Assembly (NCBI GenBank): GCA_964535935.1
Contig: CAZHWM010000024.1
Coordinates: 171-64,170, forward strand
From: an uncultured Planctomycetales bacterium
Lineage (GTDB): Bacteria; Omnitrophota; Gorgyraeia; Zapsychrales; Zapsychraceae
Direction of reading: 5' to 3'
DNA: 64,000 bases
The first letter of the stretch is position 1, and each line of letters begins with the position of its first letter. Both the position numbers and the translations under genes were made by a program. A model generated the notes under the pieces. It saw only the letters and a list, made by a program, of their open reading frames with translations. It searched no databases and was not told the DNA's origin. Positions 41,646 to 50,401 of the stretch are shown here, in pieces.

Positions 41646-41684
41646 TAAGGCATGGTCATTTGCTGGACACGTAAGGTAACCGCG

Positions 41685-41858
41685 ATGTGGTACGGCAAAA
41701 TAATAAAAAAGATAAAAAATAAAAGGGCTCAAAGTATATTAGAATATACCATGGTCGCGGCTGTCATAGGAGCTGCAGCAGTGGCAATGGCTACCTACGT
41801 GTTTCGCTCTGTCCAGGCAACACAGCAAATGATTCAAAAAGAATCCCAAGCAGAATAA
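41685..41858 (+). CDS. flp: Flp-type prepilin 1 (57 aa)
   Basis: MWYGKIIKKIKNKRA|QSILEYTMVAAVIGAAAVAMATYVF: basic leader, xxxEY motif, hydrophobic helix. The track ORF starts 11 codons further upstream. Confidence 0.75.
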   Translation: MWYGKIIKKIKNKRAQSILEYTMVAAVIGAAAVAMATYVFRSVQATQQMIQKESQAE

Positions 41859-41909
41859 ATAAAAAGAAGATTATAAATTAAAGGAAATAGTTTTTAAGGA
41901 GGAGAAATA

Positions 41910-42131
41910 ATGCTTAAAATGTATATAAAACCGAAGGCAACAAGAAAAAAGAAAGGCCAAAGTACAGTTGAGTATCTTATTTTAATTGGCTGTGTAATGG
42001 CAGCTTTGGTTATATTTTTGAGACCAAACGGTATCTTTCATAAGAGATTAAATTCTACGTTGAATACAGTGACTTCAGATATGACAAACCTGGCAACTAG
42101 AATGATAAAATCTCATCCGGTTGCTCCTTAA
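41910..42131 (+). CDS. flp: Flp-type prepilin 2 (73 aa)
   Basis: AAGGAGGAG RBS. MLKMYIKPKATRKKKG|QSTVEYLILIGCVMAALVIFL. Confidence 0.8.
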   Translation: MLKMYIKPKATRKKKGQSTVEYLILIGCVMAALVIFLRPNGIFHKRLNSTLNTVTSDMTNLATRMIKSHPVAP

Positions 42132-42230
42132 TAGAGGGCAGTGTTAAAAATAATATTAATTAAAAATAAGTGTTTTTAGTTAAGATAATTGCAAGGCAAT
42201 TAACCTAACAATCTTTAGGAGGTAAAATAA

Positions 42231-42617
42231 ATGTTTAGAAAATTGGTTAAAAATAAAAAGGCACAAAATACAGCCGAATATGCGATACTAATTTCTTTGG
42301 TTGTGGCTGGTATTATTGCAATGCAGACCTTTGCTCAGAGGGCCATTCAGGCACGAATCCGTGATGCTGCTCACTATGGAGCGGATATTACTACTACTGT
42401 TCCAACTGGTGGAGTAACGATTAATGGAACAGTGCAGGCAGAACCTTATTATTTAGATACGAACTATCAAATCAGCAGATATGATGCATCGACAAAGTCA
42501 ATTGATGCTACTAAAACAGTTGGTGGGGTTAAGCAGCAGTCTTTTGGTAATAATGTTAGGGCAAGTGGAGGCTATTCTAGGTCTTCGTTTGGTGGAGCTT
42601 ATGGTACGATTAAATAA
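42231..42617 (+). CDS. Long Flp-like prepilin 3 (128 aa)
   Basis: TAGGAGGT RBS. MFRKLVKNKKA|QNTAEYAILISLVVAGIIAMQTFAQRAIQARIRDAA... Confidence 0.75.
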   Translation: MFRKLVKNKKAQNTAEYAILISLVVAGIIAMQTFAQRAIQARIRDAAHYGADITTTVPTGGVTINGTVQAEPYYLDTNYQISRYDASTKSIDATKTVGGVKQQSFGNNVRASGGYSRSSFGGAYGTIK

Positions 42618-42701
42618 ATTAGTAAGCTAAAGAAGGAAAAAATAAAATTATTTTATAAATATAATTAGAAAATAGAGAGCTAAAATTAGGAGGATTATCT
42701 G

Positions 42702-43040
42702 ATGATTAAATATTTTAATAATAAAAAAAAGAGAAAGAAAGGGCAGACAACACTAGAATATGCTATTTTGGTGATTATAATTATAGCTGCTCTTATTTCT
42801 ATTCAGACATATATTAAGAGAGGTATACAAGGTAGATTAAGAAGCGCAGCTGATGATATAGGTGATCAATATTCTCCAGGGAATACAAATGTGGTAGTAC
42901 GAACCGTTTCTAAGAGTACAACTCTTGATAGAAATCTTCAAGGTGATTCAAAATCTACATTATTGTCGGATGAAGTTAGTAATACCACAACTAATATAAC
43001 CATTGTGAATGGTGTATGGTCATTCTGGGGTGGTAAATAA
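42702..43040 (+). CDS. Long Flp-like prepilin 4 (112 aa)
   Basis: TAGGAGGA RBS. MIKYFNNKKKRKKG|QTTLEYAILVIIIIAALISIQTYIKRGIQGRLRSAADDIGDQYSPG. Confidence 0.8.
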   Translation: MIKYFNNKKKRKKGQTTLEYAILVIIIIAALISIQTYIKRGIQGRLRSAADDIGDQYSPGNTNVVVRTVSKSTTLDRNLQGDSKSTLLSDEVSNTTTNITIVNGVWSFWGGK

Positions 43041-43078
43041 TTTTTTAATTGTTTTGGTTTTGTAAAAACAGACAAAGG

Positions 43079-43110
43079 GGCCTGCATGGAATATGCAGGC
43101 CTTTTGTTTT
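43079..43110 (+). terminator. Rho-independent terminator after prepilin 4
   Basis: GGCCTGCAT-ggaat-ATGCAGGCC followed by TTTTGTTTT. Confidence 0.8.
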
Positions 43111-43116
43111 ATATTC

Positions 43117-43145
43117 TTGTTATTTGGTAATAAAAATAGTATAAT
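43117..43145 (+). promoter_or_regulatory. Sigma70-like promoter (TTGTTA-17 nt-TATAAT) immediately before prepilin 5
   Basis: -35 43117-43122. -10 43140-43145. The ATG at 43155 lies only 9 nt after the -10 and has no SD, so the mRNA may be leaderless. Confidence 0.5.
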
Positions 43146-43154
43146 TATAGTATA

Positions 43155-43535
43155 ATGATAAGGATATTAAAAGAAATAAAAGGACAATCTATTGCCGGGG
43201 AATATGCTTTATTGTTTTCTCTCGTGGTGGCAGTAGTGATTGCTATGGGAGTTTTTATTAAACGATCTATACAGGCTAGATGGTTCGATACACGAGACTA
43301 TATAGTTTTGTCAGCTAATGCTTATGTGGATGGCTACTATAATGGTCCTCTTTATTATGAATACGAGCCATATTATACTAATACCACTACAGATACAAAG
43401 AGGGCAGAAATAGTAGAACAACGGCTTTTGGCGTCTCATTCCGGACATCCTGTAGGTATTTCTAGAAGAATAGAAGATATGCATGTTGATATGTTTACTA
43501 ATAGTATAACCGCTCCACCAAAAGATGCGGATTAA
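43155..43535 (+). CDS. Long Flp-like prepilin 5 (126 aa)
   Basis: MIRILKEIKG|QSIAGEYALLFSLVVAVVIAMGVFIKRSIQARW... Confidence 0.7.
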   Translation: MIRILKEIKGQSIAGEYALLFSLVVAVVIAMGVFIKRSIQARWFDTRDYIVLSANAYVDGYYNGPLYYEYEPYYTNTTTDTKRAEIVEQRLLASHSGHPVGISRRIEDMHVDMFTNSITAPPKDAD

Positions 43536-43887
43536 GAGAGAAAATGATATTATGAATAGCTTTTTTTTTAATAGTCGTGGTCAAAGTCTTTTGCAGTATA
43601 CTATGATTTTAGGAATAACAGCCACGGTTTTTATTGTGATGGCGCCTATGCTTAGAAGACTGTCACAGGGATTTATAAAAGTTGCAGCAGATCAGATAGG
43701 AACACAACAGAACGGAGAACAGAGTTTTGATTTGCGAGGTGGGTATTTAAAAAATAGTGTTCAATGGCGGGGTGGTTTTACGGATAAAAAGACACAGGAG
43801 TTTGCTGGGAATATTACTTATTCTTATAATGATGAGACGCAAGCATGGTCTAAGAGTGAGGTGGATATGGGATTTTCTTCTAAATAG
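43525..43887 (+). CDS. Long Flp-like prepilin 6 (120 aa; alternative start 43552)
   Basis: ...MNSFFFNSRG|QSLLQYTMILGITATVFIVMAPMLRRLSQGFIKVAADQIG. Start uncertain: 43525 overlaps prepilin 5 by 11 nt. Confidence 0.7.
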   Translation: MRIKRENDIMNSFFFNSRGQSLLQYTMILGITATVFIVMAPMLRRLSQGFIKVAADQIGTQQNGEQSFDLRGGYLKNSVQWRGGFTDKKTQEFAGNITYSYNDETQAWSKSEVDMGFSSK

Positions 43888-43930
43888 AAATTTAATTTGT
43901 CTTTATAATATATTGAGGTATAAAAGTAAT

Positions 43931-44245
43931 ATGAAAATTTTTAAGAAACAGGCACAGGTTACGATAGAATATGTTACTCTTGTTGTTATTGTTATAGGCG
44001 GATTAATTGCTATGAGTATATATTTTAAACGAGCAATGCAAGGCAGGTGGAGGTCTGCTTTGGATAATTTAGGTGAACAATATGACCCCCGTTTCGCAAA
44101 CACGGACATAAGACATAAATTATATAGTCATTCTGTAACTAAAATACGGGCAATAAATGCAGATGGAGGCTGGTATACTAGTAGGACAGATGAGATTGTG
44201 ACCAACGAACTCAAGACAGGGTATCGTTCTATTGGTGCGTATTGA
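43931..44245 (+). CDS. Long Flp-like prepilin 7 (104 aa)
   Basis: MKIFKKQA|QVTIEYVTLVVIVIGGLIAMSIYFKRAMQGRWRSALDNLGEQYDP. GAGGT lies upstream. The track ORF (from 43757) carries an unsupported 58-codon extension overlapping prepilin 6. Confidence 0.75.
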   Translation: MKIFKKQAQVTIEYVTLVVIVIGGLIAMSIYFKRAMQGRWRSALDNLGEQYDPRFANTDIRHKLYSHSVTKIRAINADGGWYTSRTDEIVTNELKTGYRSIGAY

Positions 44246-45663
44246 TGAGGGAAGATATTAGGATGGATTATTTAGAGCAGAGATATAGGCAAAAGAAAGA
44301 TTATCGAAAGGCCCAGGCGGTAATTGAATTAGCTGTTTTTGGAGCTGTTCTTATATTTGTAATAGGTCTTATCGTACGTCAACAGATAAACTATTCTTTA
44401 GTGCAAAATCAGCAACTTAGGGCTATGCGGTGGGCTATGGCTCTGTCTCATATGCATTCAGAGGGATTAATTGATATAGGAGGAGGGTCTGATGGGGATA
44501 TGTCCAGAAACAACGCGGGAGTAATAGTAGTCGAAGATCGGCTGACAGCAGATGCAGGTAAATATGGGGCAGTAAATAGGATACCATTGATTGCTATGGG
44601 AGATGCTACTCATAGTAGAAATTTGTATATGCCTATGGAGTATGGAGAACGATATAATCTTTCTGTTACAGATATGATTATAAATGGCCAGCATTTTGTA
44701 TTTACAACAGGAGATTTTAGACAGGTAAATCTTGACCCTTCTTCAGGTGGGTGTCCTGTTTTATGGAAAAGGGCATATAATTATCCTTATGTTCAGTTTC
44801 AGAGTGAGTGGTGTTCAAAAGATCCTTGTCCAGGGGGAGCTAGTGCATGGAATACAGTATCATGGAGATTTGATTTAGATCACAGTGGGTTTAAATCGTC
44901 TCCGCCAGTTGCTGAACCAGATGTTCCGGCTAGTCCTGCTAGTTTAAGGCAGAGATTTACATGGCAATGGGAGCCAATATCTTTTCATGATATTGATCCT
45001 GATGATAATAAAAATGTCTTTGTTGATGTAGATTGGTGTTGTCAATATGCCCCATGGTCTTCTCAGCCATGGTGTAGTAGAGGAGGAGACCCTGAACCAG
45101 AGTATGTTATGAAGAGAAAAGGATCTATAGGGTATGTGTATGATACGCAATTAGGAGACCTTGATTTTTCTTCAGATCAACAACCCCCACCAGGCTTATT
45201 AAGAGATAGAGATATAGAAACATATGTATTAGATGATAAAAATGGAACATATATGCGGGTGGAGGAGGGGGAAAAGCATGATCCTTCTAAATCAGGAATA
45301 TTGTCTTTGTTTATTCGTACAACACAAAAGAAACATTCTATAGATATAGTACAGAGGATTATACAATTAAGCAATGATACAAATAGGTTTTGTGATAGGA
45401 ATCATAAGCCGACTTGTTCTCCTGGTTCTAATCCGGCAGATTGTGCTAGTGCCTTATGGACAGCAGCGGTCCCAAATCCAGTAAAGGCATGTTCTGATTG
45501 TATGGGGGCCAATGCGACTGTTACTTGTATGGATGAGGGAGATATGTCTGCCCATCCTCCTAGACGACCTAGAATTTTTGTCAGAAGTAGGATACTTGAT
45601 AGGCACGGTAGGCGTTGGGCCACCAATTTGGATAAAGATCCCTATATTAATATTCATAGATAA
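44245..45663 (+). CDS. Large TadE-like pseudopilin (~472 aa), rich in Cys, Trp and Pro
   Basis: The ATG overlaps the prepilin 7 stop (TGATG). N-terminus ...DYRKA|QAVIELAVFGAVLIFVIGLIV is a TadE-like class III signal. 12 Cys by my count (for example DVDWCCQYAPWSSQPWCSRGG). Confidence 0.7.
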   Translation: MREDIRMDYLEQRYRQKKDYRKAQAVIELAVFGAVLIFVIGLIVRQQINYSLVQNQQLRAMRWAMALSHMHSEGLIDIGGGSDGDMSRNNAGVIVVEDRLTADAGKYGAVNRIPLIAMGDATHSRNLYMPMEYGERYNLSVTDMIINGQHFVFTTGDFRQVNLDPSSGGCPVLWKRAYNYPYVQFQSEWCSKDPCPGGASAWNTVSWRFDLDHSGFKSSPPVAEPDVPASPASLRQRFTWQWEPISFHDIDPDDNKNVFVDVDWCCQYAPWSSQPWCSRGGDPEPEYVMKRKGSIGYVYDTQLGDLDFSSDQQPPPGLLRDRDIETYVLDDKNGTYMRVEEGEKHDPSKSGILSLFIRTTQKKHSIDIVQRIIQLSNDTNRFCDRNHKPTCSPGSNPADCASALWTAAVPNPVKACSDCMGANATVTCMDEGDMSAHPPRRPRIFVRSRILDRHGRRWATNLDKDPYINIHR

Positions 45664-45677
45664 TATTTTTATAAATA

Positions 45678-45962
45678 ATGAAAAATAACCTTAAAATGAT
45701 TAAAGGGAAAAAAGCGCAAGTAATAATGGAATTTTCTTTATGTATGTTTATTATTTTTTTGATGATTTTTGCTTTGGTAAAGATTTTAAGATGGACAGGG
45801 ATAGATTTGGTAGAAAGAAGAAGGGCCCATGATAAGGCATTACATCAACCAATAAAGGAAGATTATTCTTATAGCGCTCCATGGCAGGGGCCTTTAAAGC
45901 AAATAGATCCTTATTTTTATGGTTCTTATTCGATGAATGCAGTGTGGAAGGGTGCATATTAA
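45678..45962 (+). CDS. Small TadE/TadF-like pseudopilin (94 aa)
   Basis: MKNNLKMIKGKKA|QVIMEFSLCMFIIFLMIFALVKILRW. Confidence 0.7.
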   Translation: MKNNLKMIKGKKAQVIMEFSLCMFIIFLMIFALVKILRWTGIDLVERRRAHDKALHQPIKEDYSYSAPWQGPLKQIDPYFYGSYSMNAVWKGAY

Positions 45963-45988
45963 TTTTTTAGAAATAATGAGGGGAGAAA

Positions 45989-48900
45989 GTGATTTTTAAT
46001 CATAACAACAGATTAGAAAAAGGGCAGGTAGGATTGATATTAATTTTTTTGGTAGCAATTGCACTTATTGTTTATGCTGTGACTATGAATGTTGGTGCTA
46101 TGAGCAAAACAAAGACTCTTGTAACAATTGCAGCAAATACAGGGGCTAGTTATATGGCCTCTGCAATGGCTAGTTATGGTCAGAAAATACTACAGGAAGA
46201 GATGGGCGGCCATAGGAAGAAATGTGCCTCAACGAACCTTTTGGTAATGATTATATCTTTTATTATAGCGGTAATAATTGTTGTTGTTAGTTGGGGTAGC
46301 GGGACGGCATTGGCTTTTGCGATTATAGGTTTAGCACTTTCTGCGATAGCTATTGTTATACAGATGGTTGTAATTCAGCCTAAGATAACAGATTTATGGA
46401 ATTCTATAATGGCGAAAATGATGGGGCCTGCTGACAGAATTGTTGAGACGGGTATTTTGACAGGATTAAGACATGCTGTTACGGATAATGCTAAGGTCCC
46501 GGATGTTTATGATTTAGATATGGATGGCAAATTTGGATTTATAGGAGATAAACCTGTTGATACAGTAGGTAGATTTTCTGTATATTATAATGAACGGCTT
46601 AAGGAAATAAAAAAGGTTTATGATTCTAAGGTATTAGAGAATTTTAGGTATGCATTAGCAGATTTTATATATAAGAGTCCGTCTTTTTCAAAACCATCAG
46701 GATATCCTTATGCAGAAACTCCTGACTGGGGGATATTTGATCCCATTGATTGTGATAGTTATCCTGGGGATCCATGTTGTCAGGCAAATCCGCCTTCAAT
46801 ATGTAATCGGTGTTGTGTCCCGGCTCAAGTTCCGGATTTGGATTATAAAGGGAATCCTATTCTTGATAGTAGTGGGAATCTTGTGATGATTGATGTGCGG
46901 CCAGCTTGTTGTGATGCTGTCGGGACAGGTGTTCCAAGTTGCGGTAGTTCTACTATATGTTCAGCTAACAGTGCCTATCCAAATGATTCTCCTCCTCCTA
47001 GCTCTTATTATCCTTGGTTATATGATCCTTCTTATCAGAATACCATGAATAATGATCCTTCTAAGCCAAATTATTTTGTTTCTTTTTTAGAGGCATTAGG
47101 AAGAGACGATGAACGTCCTGATTATTTTAGGGATCCGGTAGATATAAATGATAACCCTCAAATATCGCATGCCTCTGTAGGGACACCAGCAGGTTATTAT
47201 ATAGAGGATGCTACAGGATATGTTAATGATCCCAGTATATTTGGTGCATATTATGGTAAGATGGATAGACGCCCAGGAATTTTTCCATTTTTTTATAAGA
47301 TAGCTGATTGGGGTATGGATTTAAATAAAATAACTCCTCTTAATCCTGCTACAGAAGAACATTGTTATTGGTGCGATTCAAGAGATACTGTTAATTGTGC
47401 TAGTTGTCCGTCTATACCTACTCCTTTGACTATTCCATATCATCCACTTGAATTATTACCACAATTATCTTTGCCTGTGGATCCTTCTACACTCACTTAT
47501 AATACTACTTATTTTGTAGATGGGACTAATAATCCAGTTGATTTAGCCAATCCGAATAATCCCCCTTTGGCTGTGGATAAGATTACATTGCCTGGCAATA
47601 TTTTAGCAGCAGAAACGGATTGCGCAGAAGAGGCCTTTGCAGATGCAGATGGAAATGGTGTGATAGATAATCCCAATTTAGGGTTTTGGAAAAGAGGGAT
47701 AGAAAGATTTTGTAATTTGGAAGATCCGCCAGAATGGCCATATGAATTAGGGTGTCATTTTTCGCCTATTAATGCTACTCATAATCATTTATGTGATTAT
47801 CCTGATGGTGCGCCTGATGCGGCATGGTCAGAATGTGATTGCAGTCATCCTGATAGCGATCCTGATAAGACTACGTTTAGAGCAGATATTATTGATGACT
47901 GGGTATATGGTATGTATGAGATGGTAAAGTTTTCCGCTACTTTAATAAATATGACTCCCTTGCAACTATCTCAGAATGTTGAAAAATGGTATTCTACAGC
48001 AATGGATTGGTTCGGTGAGGATGGTGCTGCACAAAAATGGAAGGATGAGATAAAAGAAGTAGCCTCTCGAATTAGAAAGTGGATTGAAAAGACGAGCTAT
48101 GCAGGTGCGAATTGCAATGAGGTTTGGTGCGTTCCTCCTTCTAGTGATCCTTCAAATCCTGGAAGCAGCTGTCCGGGGGTCCCAGATGAAGAGTTAATGA
48201 CGATAGATTCAAATAATAATGGAGTTGAAGGAGATATGGAGGATATAGTTTCTTGTCTTAATTACAATGTAGAGGGATATGACCAAAGAGGATTCTTTCG
48301 TATGAAGAAATGTCTTGATAATTGTAGCAACAGTAATTGTCAACGCTTGCCCAAAACAAATCAATTTGGAGATCCATATACATGGCCAGCAGCCCCATCT
48401 AGTTTTGATGAAACGGTTAGTTGTACAGGTAGCGGGAGCGGTGGTTGGAATACATCTGATCCTTGGTATATTGCATTACAGGATAATATCAAAAAGACCA
48501 ATAATCCTAAAGGGACAGATAATGGTAATGCAACTAGATTTGATAAATGTGCCCATACTTGTTCTTTAGAGTATTGTTATAAATTACCAAGGTCTTTAGT
48601 CCCGAATATCCCTGCTACTGGTAATTATGACTCCCAGAATTATCATCCAGTTGATCCTGCTAATGCAGATGCGGATTGGATAGATATTGTTTCTTTTAGA
48701 GATTGTTTAGAGCATTGTAGTGATGCTAATTGTATGAGTGAGAGCAATGGAGGACCATTGCCAGAAGTGCGTAGTAGAGATGGGATACCGTATTCCGCTA
48801 CATATCCTAATAGTGGTGTATTTAATGAAACTGTGGATTGTGTGGGGTGGGCACCGGGCAATGCATGGTATGATGCGGTTGAGACTAATCTCGCAGAGGC

Positions 48901-49993
48901 ATCTCATAATGCCAATCCGGATTATGCAGGAGTAGAGCAGATGTTATCATGTTTTTATTCATGTAGCGATAGTAATTGTCAAGCTATGCCAACGGTACAG
49001 GATGACGGAACAGCTTATACTTGGCCAGCAGATCCCTTTAGTTTTGATGAAACTGTGGAATGTACTGCAGGTGTTGGGAACCCTTTGCCTGCGGGGGCAT
49101 GGAGAAAGGATCTTGTTGCTAATGTTTTACAGGCAACAGGTGGGGCAGGGGTATCGTCTTGTGATTTAAACCCTGGCGGATGGCTTAATTTGACAGAACA
49201 AAGTGCGTTAGAGGCAAAAAATCAGGTTGCAAAGTTTAAACAACGTAGAAATTTTTTGGAAGCTCGAGTTAAAGAAGCCAAAAATATATTAAATATCTTG
49301 GATACAGCATATACTAATTTTAATAATTTTTTGAGTCAAGCAGTAAAAGACTTAGAAACAGACATAATTAATAATTATTATAAGTCTAATCCTTCTGCTT
49401 TGCCAAGATATGTTGTATATGGATGGAAGACAGATAGTTCTTCAGGGCGTAGCCCAGGGTGGCATGTTGTAAAGGTTGAGACGCATATTCCTACGAGATG
49501 TAATAATGCCTGTGATGTGAGCCAGACAGGACCAGCGAAATGGCCTAGGGTGAAGACTTGGACGGAAAATTGGGGCACAAAACGGTGTTATAAATTAATC
49601 AATACAGATGGGGTTGTAAAGATAAGGGTGACGAGATATGATGAACAGGCAAACGAAGATAAGCTTATAAAGTTTCCTAATGGTATGCCAATATGGAAGT
49701 TTAGGTTTGTCGATTCAAGAAGACCGTTTTATGCGGGAGATTTGGATAAAATATGTGGCCTTTTGGCATTAAAGGACCCACCTCCTGAATTATTGCCGGC
49801 AGGAGTTAGTGATATATATGCAGGGGCATTTTTGATGAATAAAAGAAATTCAACCAATTCAGCTTGTTGGGATTATGTTCATAGGTTGCTTGCATCAGGG
49901 GTTACAACTGAGACATGTGCAGAATATTATTATCATTCTAAACCAGATGAGGATATAGGATTGAAATTTGTCCCTTGCACACATCCTTTTTAA
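45989..49993 (+). CDS. Giant TadG-like protein (1334 aa), ~48 Cys, two extra TM helices, internal Cys-module repeats
   Basis: GAGGGGAG RBS plus GTG start. N-terminus NRLEKG|QVGLILIFLVAIALIVYAVTMNVGAMSKTKTLVTIAANTGASYMASAMAS fits the TadG N-terminal pattern. Two more hydrophobic helices at aa ~80-130. The large remainder is rich in Cys, Pro, Asp and Trp. Confidence 0.75.
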   Translation: MIFNHNNRLEKGQVGLILIFLVAIALIVYAVTMNVGAMSKTKTLVTIAANTGASYMASAMASYGQKILQEEMGGHRKKCASTNLLVMIISFIIAVIIVVVSWGSGTALAFAIIGLALSAIAIVIQMVVIQPKITDLWNSIMAKMMGPADRIVETGILTGLRHAVTDNAKVPDVYDLDMDGKFGFIGDKPVDTVGRFSVYYNERLKEIKKVYDSKVLENFRYALADFIYKSPSFSKPSGYPYAETPDWGIFDPIDCDSYPGDPCCQANPPSICNRCCVPAQVPDLDYKGNPILDSSGNLVMIDVRPACCDAVGTGVPSCGSSTICSANSAYPNDSPPPSSYYPWLYDPSYQNTMNNDPSKPNYFVSFLEALGRDDERPDYFRDPVDINDNPQISHASVGTPAGYYIEDATGYVNDPSIFGAYYGKMDRRPGIFPFFYKIADWGMDLNKITPLNPATEEHCYWCDSRDTVNCASCPSIPTPLTIPYHPLELLPQLSLPVDPSTLTYNTTYFVDGTNNPVDLANPNNPPLAVDKITLPGNILAAETDCAEEAFADADGNGVIDNPNLGFWKRGIERFCNLEDPPEWPYELGCHFSPINATHNHLCDYPDGAPDAAWSECDCSHPDSDPDKTTFRADIIDDWVYGMYEMVKFSATLINMTPLQLSQNVEKWYSTAMDWFGEDGAAQKWKDEIKEVASRIRKWIEKTSYAGANCNEVWCVPPSSDPSNPGSSCPGVPDEELMTIDSNNNGVEGDMEDIVSCLNYNVEGYDQRGFFRMKKCLDNCSNSNCQRLPKTNQFGDPYTWPAAPSSFDETVSCTGSGSGGWNTSDPWYIALQDNIKKTNNPKGTDNGNATRFDKCAHTCSLEYCYKLPRSLVPNIPATGNYDSQNYHPVDPANADADWIDIVSFRDCLEHCSDANCMSESNGGPLPEVRSRDGIPYSATYPNSGVFNETVDCVGWAPGNAWYDAVETNLAEASHNANPDYAGVEQMLSCFYSCSDSNCQAMPTVQDDGTAYTWPADPFSFDETVECTAGVGNPLPAGAWRKDLVANVLQATGGAGVSSCDLNPGGWLNLTEQSALEAKNQVAKFKQRRNFLEARVKEAKNILNILDTAYTNFNNFLSQAVKDLETDIINNYYKSNPSALPRYVVYGWKTDSSSGRSPGWHVVKVETHIPTRCNNACDVSQTGPAKWPRVKTWTENWGTKRCYKLINTDGVVKIRVTRYDEQANEDKLIKFPNGMPIWKFRFVDSRRPFYAGDLDKICGLLALKDPPPELLPAGVSDIYAGAFLMNKRNSTNSACWDYVHRLLASGVTTETCAEYYYHSKPDEDIGLKFVPCTHPF
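48300..49150 (+). repeat. Four protein-level repeats of a Cys module inside the 1334-aa ORF
   Basis: KKCLDNCSNSNCQRLP...YTWPAAPSSFDETVSCTG; FDKCAHTCSLEYCYKLP...; FRDCLEHCSDANCMSE...YPNSGVFNETVDCVG; MLSCFYSCSDSNCQAMP...YTWPADPFSFDETVECTA. The shared signature is C-x3-C-x5-C. Confidence 0.75.
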
Positions 49994-50011
49994 GGAGAGA
50001 TTTTATTCTTA

Positions 50012-50383
50012 ATGAAAAGAAAAATGAGACAATATGGCCAAGCGACATTAGAACTTGTAGCAATTATTATATTAATATTATCAGCTTTACTTATATTTCA
50101 GAAGTATATAGTTCGTACGATGATGGGGAGATGGAAGATGGCAGGGGATGCATTGGGTAAGGGGAAGATATATTCTCCTAGTAGTACTGTAGAATGTGCT
50201 TATGAATATCGTTTTAGTCCGCCTCCAGGTGCATGGTATGATGTAAAATGTTTTTATGCAGATCCATCATGTCCACCAGCATGTTTTTCTCCATCGGGAT
50301 TTGGGGCTGATCCAGCTAAGTGTAGGGCATGTGTAAGCAAATGTTATAATCCTGCTTGTGAAGATGATTGGGGCGGGACATAA
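50012..50383 (+). CDS. Flp-like prepilin with Cys-rich C-terminal domain (123 aa)
   Basis: AAGGAGAG upstream. MKRKMRQYG|QATLELVAIIILILSALLIFQKYIVRTMMGRWKMAGDALGKGKIYSP. 8 Cys in the last ~62 aa. Confidence 0.75.
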   Translation: MKRKMRQYGQATLELVAIIILILSALLIFQKYIVRTMMGRWKMAGDALGKGKIYSPSSTVECAYEYRFSPPPGAWYDVKCFYADPSCPPACFSPSGFGADPAKCRACVSKCYNPACEDDWGGT

Positions 50384-50401
50384 AAAGGAGAAGGTGATAT
50401 T

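Noticed and set aside
41590-41684. c-di-GMP-I (GEMM-I) riboswitch in the flp leader, based on GGGACGCA and a GGTAACCGCGATG segment reminiscent of Vc2
   Set aside because: Only one short core match is present. The paired GGCAAACC/ACGCACAG half, the tetraloop and the receptor geometry are not recognisable by eye. A covariance-model search is needed before any call.
43757-43930. N-terminal 58-codon extension of the prepilin 7 ORF (track 43757..44245)
   Set aside because: The extension overlaps prepilin 6 in another frame and lacks a signal. The internal ATG at 43931 gives a typical basic leader plus the QVTIEY motif, and GAGGT lies upstream.
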